Virus record (IMG/VR): IMGVR_UViG_3300032212_000701
Span: 1-35,972 of that record
DNA length: 35,972 nt
From: a virus
Taxonomy: Duplodnaviria; Caudoviricetes
Strand: one strand, 5' to 3'
Position 1 is the first letter of the stretch, and each line of letters begins with the position of its first letter. The notes under the pieces are model-generated. The model was not told where the DNA came from, did no database searches, and saw only the letters and a program-made list of their open reading frames with translations. The position numbers and the translations under genes were made by a program. Shown piece by piece: positions 16,435-25,400 of this stretch.

Positions 16435-17064
16435 ATGTTTAAAGCAAAACGTATTTTAGTAAAGGTGTGTCGCGATGTGATGTCTGCCAGTAGCAAGGTG
16501 ATATTTGCGCATGAATTCTCGATCTTGGAAGCGCTATACGGGAAAGGTAATGTTTCGATTGTTGACATGGAAAAGGCTGAAGTTAGTCAATTTGCCGTAA
16601 AAGGCTCTCTCATGAAAGGAAAGGCACCTGTTGTTGAGGACAAGAACGGCGTCTCTGTAGCGAAGGTCGATACGGGGGAGTTAGAGCTTGATGAAGATGA
16701 AGAGTTTTCACGGCTTGGCCGGGTTTACGGAATGCACCCTGATATCAACATCCCGATGGTTGAGTATATCTATAGCCGTCCGGCAGCGCTGAAAAATGAA
16801 GAAAATTGGGCGCTGCCTGATGAAGAGGAAACTGCGAATGATGGCGTTGATATCAATAAAAACAGCTACTCAACCGTGAACGAAATAAAAATGGCGCTGG
16901 AACATCTAGGCATTGAATATTCGGCAAAATTCAATAAACAGGCACTTTCTGATTTACTGAGAGGTGGGTTAATTGAACTGTTAACCATTGAAGAGATTGA
17001 CCACGACGAAGAGGCCAGCGCGCATGATCTGATGGTGCTGGCACAGAGTCACGAGCTGGTCTAA
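16435..17064 (+). CDS. Hypothetical virion-region protein with C-terminal HeH/LEM-like motif
   Basis: SD AGGAG before ATG 16435, motif TVNEIKMALEHLGIEY....NKQALSDLL. Confidence 0.65.
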   Translation: MFKAKRILVKVCRDVMSASSKVIFAHEFSILEALYGKGNVSIVDMEKAEVSQFAVKGSLMKGKAPVVEDKNGVSVAKVDTGELELDEDEEFSRLGRVYGMHPDINIPMVEYIYSRPAALKNEENWALPDEEETANDGVDINKNSYSTVNEIKMALEHLGIEYSAKFNKQALSDLLRGGLIELLTIEEIDHDEEASAHDLMVLAQSHELV

Positions 17065-17066
17065 CC

Positions 17067-17720
17067 ATGGCGTTACCTCTTAAGCCCACGCTCGGCGAAC
17101 TGCGGCAGGAGCTGCTGGGTCGCCTTGGGTTTAGCAGCCAGGGAGCGGCGGCGGGGCAGATTGCCACCGCCGTCAACTCCTATCTGTATCGCGGGCAGAA
17201 GCAGATGTATTGGGAGTATGAGTTTCTGGAATTGAAGAAGCTGCACGACTTTACGCTCAATGCAGGCCAGACACTCTATGACTGGCCGGACGACATGGAG
17301 CCGCGCAACATTCGGCAAATGCGTGTTAAATATAATAGTACGTGGCACCCGCTGAAAGAAGGGATAGAGATCGAGCATGATACCTATGTTGATAATCGTT
17401 ACTACCCGCGCCGGTACGACCGTGCCGCACAACTCGAAATATGGCCAGAACCAAACACCACATATACATTGCGCTGCGAGTATTACCATCGCCTGAATCG
17501 ATTCACGCAAGACAATGACCGCTGCACCATCGATGATGATCTGGTGTTTCTGCACGCACTGGCCCACACCAAGGCGCACTATAAACATGCCGATGCCGCG
17601 GCGTATATGGAAGACCTAAACGCCATATTGCGAAAACTGAAAAAAGGTGTGCACGGCAATAAGCGTTACTTTGTTGGCCGTAAAGAAGAAGAGGCCATCC
17701 CAAGGCCGGTGGTTGTTTGA
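17067..17720 (+). CDS. Head-tail adaptor protein
   Basis: 217 aa, TLGELR..L..RLG, GQTLYDWPDD and LEIWPEP..Y motifs, position before the nozzle. Confidence 0.75.
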   Translation: MALPLKPTLGELRQELLGRLGFSSQGAAAGQIATAVNSYLYRGQKQMYWEYEFLELKKLHDFTLNAGQTLYDWPDDMEPRNIRQMRVKYNSTWHPLKEGIEIEHDTYVDNRYYPRRYDRAAQLEIWPEPNTTYTLRCEYYHRLNRFTQDNDRCTIDDDLVFLHALAHTKAHYKHADAAAYMEDLNAILRKLKKGVHGNKRYFVGRKEEEAIPRPVVV

Positions 17721-19108
17721 TGGCTAAGTCGATTACTTATGACCAGTGGGATTTTGGGCTGGATCGTCGGCGAGGGCGTTCGGTGGCTGATGCCAATCGG
17801 CTTTATGAGTGCCAAAATGCTCATATCACGAGTGGCAAGGTGATGAAAAAGCGCCCCGGCACCACGAAGATTGCTACGCTGGAAACAGGAACCAAAGGGC
17901 TGGTATCAGCAGGCGGTAAATTACAGACCTTTTATGAATCTGGAACTGTCTCCCACGCCAATAGTTTGTTTAACCCTAACCAGGTGTCGCACCCGACCAT
18001 TAGCCAGAGCGTATTGCGGGTGCATCACGCAGAGGTTTATGCTGGTTATGTTTACGTGTCGATTGAGTATGCTGATAACAGCGTGTGGCATCATTACCTT
18101 GATGGCTCCAGCCCGACTCACGTGGAGGATGTTAACTGCCCGCACTCAAAGTCATTCATTAAACTTTCAAGTAAAATATGGGGTATTGGTGACGAGGTAA
18201 CGCGCTTCACCAAAACCGACGCGCCTAGAGATTGGACGACCGCTAACGATGCCGGGTTTTTGCCTACTGGACGAGGGCAGACCGGCAGCCGCGATGTATT
18301 GGCATTAGGGCAATATCAGAAACAGTTAGTGGCGCAATTTGCCGATGCTTCGCAGGTGTGGATTACCGACCCTGACCCTGATTTGCATGTGTTAAAACAG
18401 ACCATTGATGGCATAGGGTGCCGCTATCCCGGCAGTGTTCGTGGCTTCGGTGGTGATATGTTGTTTCTTTCCGATGCTGGCTATCGATCTATCATTCGCA
18501 CGAGTCAGAACGACAGCATGACCGACAACGATGTCGGCAGTCCGATTGATACCGTGGTCGAGCCATTACTGGCTGGAGGCAATACCCCAATCAGCGCGAT
18601 ATATAAAGGCGGTGGGCAGTATTGGTGTGCGGTGGGTAGTGCAATTCATGTGTACACCTTCTCGCGGAGTAATAAGATTCGGGCGTGGTCTGAGTATGAG
18701 ATGGGCGTCACCATTGATGCTTTTTCTGAACTGGATGGCGTGCTCTATTTTCGCAGTGGCGATGATGTATTTAAGGTGGATGAGAGCGTAAGCACTGATG
18801 ACGGTGTTGCATTCGAGATGTTGGTGGAAATGCCGTTTGTTGACTTCAAAAAACCGGGCGTACTCAAGCAGATTATCGGTATGGACGCGGTGGTGCAGGG
18901 CAGTGTCGAAATCCAGTTCCGTTATGACTCGCGAGACCCTAGCATGATCACTGAAAAAATGACGATCAATGGCGACACCCGCCCCGGCGGGATGATACCG
19001 CTTGGGTTAACCAGTACTGGCATTGCGCCCGTGTTTACATCGAACAGCAGCAGTGATGTACAGATTGACTCGATTACTTTTTACTACGAAGAGCTGGGGG
19101 TAATGTGA
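17720..19108 (+). CDS. Tail nozzle / DNA stabilisation protein (P22 gp10 / T7 gp12 analogue)
   Basis: About 462 aa, beta-rich, KKRPG near the N-terminus, IGC and AWSEY motifs. Confidence 0.75.
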   Translation: MAKSITYDQWDFGLDRRRGRSVADANRLYECQNAHITSGKVMKKRPGTTKIATLETGTKGLVSAGGKLQTFYESGTVSHANSLFNPNQVSHPTISQSVLRVHHAEVYAGYVYVSIEYADNSVWHHYLDGSSPTHVEDVNCPHSKSFIKLSSKIWGIGDEVTRFTKTDAPRDWTTANDAGFLPTGRGQTGSRDVLALGQYQKQLVAQFADASQVWITDPDPDLHVLKQTIDGIGCRYPGSVRGFGGDMLFLSDAGYRSIIRTSQNDSMTDNDVGSPIDTVVEPLLAGGNTPISAIYKGGGQYWCAVGSAIHVYTFSRSNKIRAWSEYEMGVTIDAFSELDGVLYFRSGDDVFKVDESVSTDDGVAFEMLVEMPFVDFKKPGVLKQIIGMDAVVQGSVEIQFRYDSRDPSMITEKMTINGDTRPGGMIPLGLTSTGIAPVFTSNSSSDVQIDSITFYYEELGVM

Positions 19109-19548
19109 GTATCGCACTGCAAGTCTTACTCAATAGCGTTGCTGTTGCAGGTGTCGGTGCAACCTTTGATCTAAGTACAAATGAACGCTACCAGGGTGGC
19201 GCGCATACTTTTGAGGTGGGCAATGCGTTTGTGGGCACGGTGGCAGTTGAGGGGCGTATCGATACCAACTGGTATTCGTTAGGTTCACTGACCGCGCCCG
19301 GACTGATTTATGTCGATGGGGTTTTTAATGCCTTACGCGGCAACGTAACTGCCTATACCAGCGGTACGATTGATCTTGCAGTGAGTTATGGCTTGCTGCA
19401 AAACCTCAACGGCAACCTTTTAACCTTGCTTGCAAGGCTAACCGATGAGCGAGCGGGTAACCTCGACTTCATCGATGCACTTATATCTGCAATTGATCCC
19501 AGTGTTGATCTGAGGCGGGTTAAAAAGCTAATACAGCAAACATTATGA
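19105..19548 (+). CDS. Beta-rich putative virion protein with helical C-tail
   Basis: FVGTVAVEG...W...LRGNVTAYTSGTI, paralogous to 8519-8827. Confidence 0.6.
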   Translation: MSIALQVLLNSVAVAGVGATFDLSTNERYQGGAHTFEVGNAFVGTVAVEGRIDTNWYSLGSLTAPGLIYVDGVFNALRGNVTAYTSGTIDLAVSYGLLQNLNGNLLTLLARLTDERAGNLDFIDALISAIDPSVDLRRVKKLIQQTL

Positions 19549-20006
19549 TTGAAACATTAACGATTGATCATGCCCGCTATATCGCCCACCATATGCGCCA
19601 GAATGACCACCGGGAGGTTATGGCAACTCTCTGGAGTGATGATCCCGAAGACTTCGCCAATGATGCGGTGCACTACCCCGGTGCTTCGTACGCAATTATT
19701 AAAAATGGAGAGCCGGTTGTGATGGGCGGATTTGCGATCCACACCCCCAGAGTGGCCACGATGTGGATGGTGGGCACCGACCGTTTCGACGAGGTGCGTA
19801 TTGAAGCTACCCGCACCGCAAAAAAGGTGATTGGTGAGTTGCTGAACGGCCACACCCACCGACTGCAGGCACTCTCTGCAGGGTTTCATGATGATAGCCA
19901 CGAATGGTTAAAGCGATTGGGGTTTAACCAGATTCAGCCGGTACCGGCAATGGGCAAACATGGCGAGGATTTTTTAATGTTTTCACAAACGCGGGGTAAA
20001 GGCTGA
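19545..20006 (+). CDS. GNAT-like protein (T7 gp13-like position)
   Basis: MRQNDHRE, WMVGTD and SHEWLKRLGF motifs, immediately before the ejection genes. Confidence 0.7.
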   Translation: MIETLTIDHARYIAHHMRQNDHREVMATLWSDDPEDFANDAVHYPGASYAIIKNGEPVVMGGFAIHTPRVATMWMVGTDRFDEVRIEATRTAKKVIGELLNGHTHRLQALSAGFHDDSHEWLKRLGFNQIQPVPAMGKHGEDFLMFSQTRGKG

Positions 20007-20815
20007 TGTGTGGTGGTGGGGGCGGCGGTGATGGTGGCGCAGCTGCGCGCGAAGAAAAACGCCAGCGTGAACAGGATTCAATTATCAGTGATGTGGATCG
20101 CTTGTTTGGGGTTCATACCGATGCGCCGGAATACGCGAAGCCAAATAAAGATGACTATTGGGTTCATCGAGGTAAATCATCAGGGGCTGGCTCTAATAGA
20201 GGTGGGCAGCAAAGCCGGGGTAATCATTTTGATGAGGATGCCTACAATAGAGCCATGGCAGAATGGCAGGGTGGTAACGCCAGTAATAAAGCTGCCGCTG
20301 CTGCCAATGCCGAAAAGCGCCAGCAACTTTATGATGAAACCGCTGCGGATGTACGTGAGCATTTTTTAACCGACCTCAACAAGCAGCAGGACAACTCGCG
20401 GCGGGTGGATAATTTCTCACTGGCGCGGCGCGGCGTTAAAGGCGGCTCCAGTGAGCTGGATCATGACGGACGTTTTCTGGAGGCCTATAACCGATCCGTG
20501 CTGGATATTGGTAACCGTGCTGATTCAACGATTAATAACTTAAAGCAAGCAGATGAAAATGCCCGCTTAAGGATGCATGAATTGGTGCGTTCCGGTGAAA
20601 CTTCTAATTCAGTGATTCAGTCTGCTCTCACAGGCATGAGTAATGCTGCGGATAACGCCCGCACCAATGCGATGACAGGTGGCCTGGGTGATGTGTTTGG
20701 TGGTGCTACGCAAATTTGGCTGAATGATCAGCAAAACCAGGGGAATTTGAATGCCTATAGTCGTTTTAATAATCGATCAAGCGGCGCTAGACCATTTAAC
20801 GGAACGGTGAATTAA
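20006..20815 (+). CDS. Internal virion (ejection) protein
   Basis: MCGGGGGG start, LARRG..G.S motif, Q/A/N-rich helices. Confidence 0.65.
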   Translation: MCGGGGGGDGGAAAREEKRQREQDSIISDVDRLFGVHTDAPEYAKPNKDDYWVHRGKSSGAGSNRGGQQSRGNHFDEDAYNRAMAEWQGGNASNKAAAAANAEKRQQLYDETAADVREHFLTDLNKQQDNSRRVDNFSLARRGVKGGSSELDHDGRFLEAYNRSVLDIGNRADSTINNLKQADENARLRMHELVRSGETSNSVIQSALTGMSNAADNARTNAMTGGLGDVFGGATQIWLNDQQNQGNLNAYSRFNNRSSGARPFNGTVN

Positions 20816-20816
20816 T

Positions 20817-21434
20817 ATGTGTAATCCAGTATCGATAGGATTAATGGTGGCTGGTACCGCCATGCAGTACAAAGCGCAGCGCGATGCTAGTAAACGGCAG
20901 CAGCGCCAGATTGGGCTACAGGAAGATCGTAACGACAAGTCAAATAAAAAAGTGATTCAAAATGTGCAGCAGCTGATGGGGCAGTATGACCCCGATGCGC
21001 GTGCGCAAAACCAGCAGCAGGCACAGCAGGATTCTGAAATTTCACTGACCGATTTTCTGAATGAGTCTAATGCCAGTCGTGACGATGGCAATACAACCGG
21101 GCGGGTGAGTGAGGTCTATTCTACTGAAAAGGCGAAGCGCATTACCGATCAGGCAGAGGTGGCGGCCAATATGGCCAGGCTAATGTCTAAAATGCGCGCG
21201 CCAACCGATAGCCGCATGAATGAGCAGCTGAACTATGCCGATACTGCGGCGCGTGTGGGCGGCATTAACCAAAACCGCGGAAATATGGCTAATGCCGCCG
21301 GGGTGGATATTCGTCAGGCGGGGAATCCAAACCCGTTTTTAATGGCGATGGGAAGTGGAATGCAGAGCTATGGCGCATATCGAGGCACGGGGGCCAGTCA
21401 ACCAAAACCGACACCGAAAACGTACCGGACTTGA
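20817..21434 (+). CDS. Internal virion (ejection) protein, T7 gp14-like
   Basis: MCNPVSIGLMVAGTA hydrophobic start, Q-rich coiled coil, Gly-rich hydrophobic C-segment. Confidence 0.65.
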   Translation: MCNPVSIGLMVAGTAMQYKAQRDASKRQQRQIGLQEDRNDKSNKKVIQNVQQLMGQYDPDARAQNQQQAQQDSEISLTDFLNESNASRDDGNTTGRVSEVYSTEKAKRITDQAEVAANMARLMSKMRAPTDSRMNEQLNYADTAARVGGINQNRGNMANAAGVDIRQAGNPNPFLMAMGSGMQSYGAYRGTGASQPKPTPKTYRT

Positions 21435-21446
21435 TGGAGATAAATA

Positions 21447-22481
21447 ATGCCGATTGATAATAGAAGGCTTTCGTATGGGGTGAATAAGTTTGCTAAGGCG
21501 TTTGCCGGTGGCTCGTCTGTGCGTGATAAGGCTGAGGCCAATACATTTAAAACATTGATGAGTGGCGCTTACGATGAGGCGCGCATTGGAGAGTTGAACA
21601 GCAAGACGAGACAGAGAAACCACAGGGTGGATAATATGGTGCCCGGGCAGAACCAATTTATAATGGGGCAGACTGGACTCAAAATTCCACAGGTGCAGCA
21701 GGCACGGGATGCATATCAAAACGGCGGCTGGGAAGAGCCGGGGCCACCGACTGCTGAAGGGGCTATTTCTCGCTCTGAGCAAGCCCCTGAGTTTTATAAT
21801 AGCGATGTCGCCTCAAAGTTTATGGATGCGATGGGCACTATCGGTATGGTCAGTGCGGCAACCGGCGATACCAATGCCGAGCAGTTCAGTAAGACGCACC
21901 AGAACAATGTGAACATCTCGCGCCAGGACGATATGATTTCTGGGAAGCTTTCACCTAATTCTGTTGCTGCCGCAATGGCAGCAATTGAAGGCAAACCACA
22001 AACCAGCGTCACCGGCTCCGGCATCGCTTATAACCCATATGCGGCACCGGGCGAGGGGATGGATACCAGCGCGTTTGATCGCAAGGTGAAGGCGGATAAT
22101 GCGGGAGGGGCGGGGAGTGGGCATAAAGATATCTCGTTGATGAATCACCTGGTCACTTCAGGCGTAGCGAAGAGCCAGGGCGAAGCGTGGTCGATGATGA
22201 AACAGGCATCGCTTGACCCGGTGAAGGGGCCGACTGAGATTGCGAAGATGTTGAGTCTTGCACAGGACAATGCCAATATTATGCCGGGTGAAGCTGGCTA
22301 CCTAACACCTGAAAAGCTCATTGAAAATGCGCAGAAGATTGTGCAAAAGTTGCGTGCTTCGCCAGATGCGACTAATGATGGTGGCGGAAGTGACGGGGCA
22401 CCTTCGCCAGGCGCGCAAAAAGCGCAGGATGGTAACTGGTATGTGCAGCAAAACGGGCAGTGGTTCAGGGTTGACCAGTAG
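21447..22481 (+). CDS. Internal virion (ejection) protein
   Basis: 344 aa, A/G/Q-rich, ends GAQKAQDGNWYVQQNGQWFRV, SD GGAG. Confidence 0.6.
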   Translation: MPIDNRRLSYGVNKFAKAFAGGSSVRDKAEANTFKTLMSGAYDEARIGELNSKTRQRNHRVDNMVPGQNQFIMGQTGLKIPQVQQARDAYQNGGWEEPGPPTAEGAISRSEQAPEFYNSDVASKFMDAMGTIGMVSAATGDTNAEQFSKTHQNNVNISRQDDMISGKLSPNSVAAAMAAIEGKPQTSVTGSGIAYNPYAAPGEGMDTSAFDRKVKADNAGGAGSGHKDISLMNHLVTSGVAKSQGEAWSMMKQASLDPVKGPTEIAKMLSLAQDNANIMPGEAGYLTPEKLIENAQKIVQKLRASPDATNDGGGSDGAPSPGAQKAQDGNWYVQQNGQWFRVDQ

Positions 22482-25400
22482 TGAAGCTGGTTCCGGTTGA
22501 TCACAATCCGTTTGAGCAGAAGCGGCAGCCAACGTTCACGCCAGTCGAGGGGAATCCGTTTGAGCAGCGTGATAATTTCACGCTCACGCCTGTGGAATCT
22601 AACCCTTTTGAAGCAGAAAAGCGCCAACAAGAAGTAGATACCTTTGAGGGTGCCGGTGGTGGTTTTCTCACGGGCCTTGAAACCGGTGCGCGTCGTTTAA
22701 AGCAAACGCTGGCGGCGGGTGGTGCGGCTTTGCAAGGTGCGCTGATTGATGACGAGGGTGTGTTTGATACTAGCCCGGTCGGCGAATGGCTGAAGGGACA
22801 GGGGCAGCGTGACCGGGAAGAGGTTCAGTTTCATCAGGACGCGATACAAAACACACCGCAACATCCAACGATACGCCGCATGGTTGAGGCGGGTAATGCC
22901 GCTGATGACTGGCAAGGGGCGCTGAGTGACTTTGGCAGTGAGTTCTGGCAGTCTCCCGATAAATCTGGCTTGGTGATTAATCAGCTGGGTGAGCAGTTGC
23001 CGAACTTCGCGACCTTCGCGCTGGGCACCAAGGGCGCGGGTAATCTGCTGAATATCGGCAAAGAAGGCACCAAGCGCGTGAAAACCGCCAAGGCAATGGG
23101 TGCGTTGGGTGCGGGCGCGGGTGTTGCTTCTGCCTCGGCTACCTTTGGGCCTAATGTATCCGAAGGGCTGGTGGCTGGCTTAACCTATGATGATGCCGAA
23201 GCCCGCGCAGCCAAGAAGACACTGGCGCAAGCAGTGGTGGATGGTGCAACCGGTGCCATTTTGCCGCTTAAGATTGGCCCTAATCAGTGGGTGAATGTGC
23301 CAGCGCAGGCAGTTATTCAGATGCTAGGCGGTGGGCTTGGCGATGCCGCGGGCAAAGTTGCCGTGGGTGAGGAAGTTGAACGCGGTGATTTTCTGGCTGA
23401 ATCCTTGCTTGAATTGCTTGGCCTGCCTGTAGAGTTAACCCAGGCGGCGATCACCAAAGCAGCCAGCGGAAAGCAGGCTGAACCATCAGCACAAGCCCCA
23501 CCGACCGAATCAGTAGAAACCGCACAACCCACCCCAGAAGCGCCACCAGCAGCACCATTCATTAATCCCAATGTAAAACTCACACCAGTTGATGGCAATC
23601 CGTTTTCACAGGAAGAGATTGCCGAAGGGGATGCGCTACTTCAAGAGCAGACACCTAAGACCATTCTTGAGGCTTTTGAACAGGCAAGGCCACAGCAGCA
23701 ATCTGCTACCCCCGCGCCCGTTCAGCCGGTAGAGACTGCGCCTGCCGGGGTGATTGATCGTGAGTCTGGCGAGATTGTGCCACCAGAACAAAATGAAACC
23801 ATCGACTGGAAAGCGCGTTTAAATGAAGGTGGCGTAAAAGAACATGATCGATTAGTGCCGCAGCCACAAAGCGAACAGGTACCAGTGGAAAATGCCGAGG
23901 TGCCGAAGAAAGATACCGTTGGCGGTAATTGGATTAAGAATCCTGATACTGGGGTGATGGAGCCGCCGAGTAAAGCTCAGCCTACGCAGACCGAAGAAAC
24001 CGCATCAGCGAATAGCCTCGATATCTCATTCGAAACCGACCCGACTGCCGATAAAGCGCTGCTGACAAAAGACCGGGCCGAATTAAGAAAGCACTTGAAT
24101 GGCATCTTGCCTAAGCAGGTAACAGCGATCAAAAACAAAGAGCCTGAGCAGTATCGGGCTATCCTCAAGAGCATGGTGCGGAAGTTGTTTCCGAAAGGCG
24201 CACATTTTCAGTTCCGCAAAGATGGCAATGTGGTGGACTATGATCACCTGCTAACCGATAAGATTCGCGAGAACTACATTCACACCCTGCCGGATACGCT
24301 CAAGCAGCAGCATATCAAGGTGGAGTTTCAGAATGGCGATGTGCGTAAGGCATATCTAATCAAGAAATATTTTGACCCCGAGATTCAAAAAGATATCTGG
24401 GACATGATCGTGACTCATGATAATGAAGTCAGAACCAAAATTACCAGAAAAGATAAAAGAGGGCGAGGGTACGTAGAGAGTCAGATTCTAAAGGCTGGTA
24501 AGGGGGCCGGAGTTCAGGCGTCTGATCCGTCCACCACGACTGAGAATAAGGCGAGCACCACCACTCAGAACGCAGATACCGGTAGTATTATCGGTCAAGG
24601 GACGGAGGATATCAAGGGTGCGCAGGATCTTAAAAAACCTTCAACTGATCGAATCGATGATCTAGGTGAAAAGATTGGCGGCGCTCGAAAGGATTTAGTT
24701 GTTAAGCGTGGTGCTTCAACTAAGCAAAAAAACAAAAATAGCGAGCCCGCGTGGAAGCGCCGATTTCCGGTTATTGAAAGTGTTTTAATGGGGAGCACAG
24801 CCCACGGCAAGTGGCAGATTTTTGATAACAAGACTGGCAGAGTATTGCGCGGGATGGTTTTCAATACCGAGCAGGAGGCGGTGGAAATGCAGGCTGTTGC
24901 TGCTGTTGCAGTGAATCATGCTGTGATGGGTGACGGTAACGGCGGGTATACGATATGGCGTAAAAATTCAAAACGACGTGTACGCGTTATACCTGAAACA
25001 TTCACGAGCCATGATGATGCAATGGCCTACATGGCCAGCCACGCCACTGAATTACTAGAAACTAAACTGAGTTTTGGTGAAGAGATACTGCCCACGCCGG
25101 AAGTGGTGTACAGAACCGGCGAAGAAAGAAGAAAGGGTGATATCGTCGGACAGGACTTCATGGATACGTTTGGTTTTCGTGGTGTTGAGTTCGGCAACTG
25201 GAACAATCAGGAAGAGCGGCAACAGGTAATGAATCACGCCTATGATGCACTGTTTGACCTTGCAGAGATCATCAATGTGGATCCACTCGCGCTTTCCCTA
25301 AATGGTGATTTAGCGCTGGCATTTGGTGCGAGGGGACAGGGGTTGAGTGGTGCCAAAGCGCATTATGAGCCGTCTCATTCGGTGATTAATTTAACCAAGA

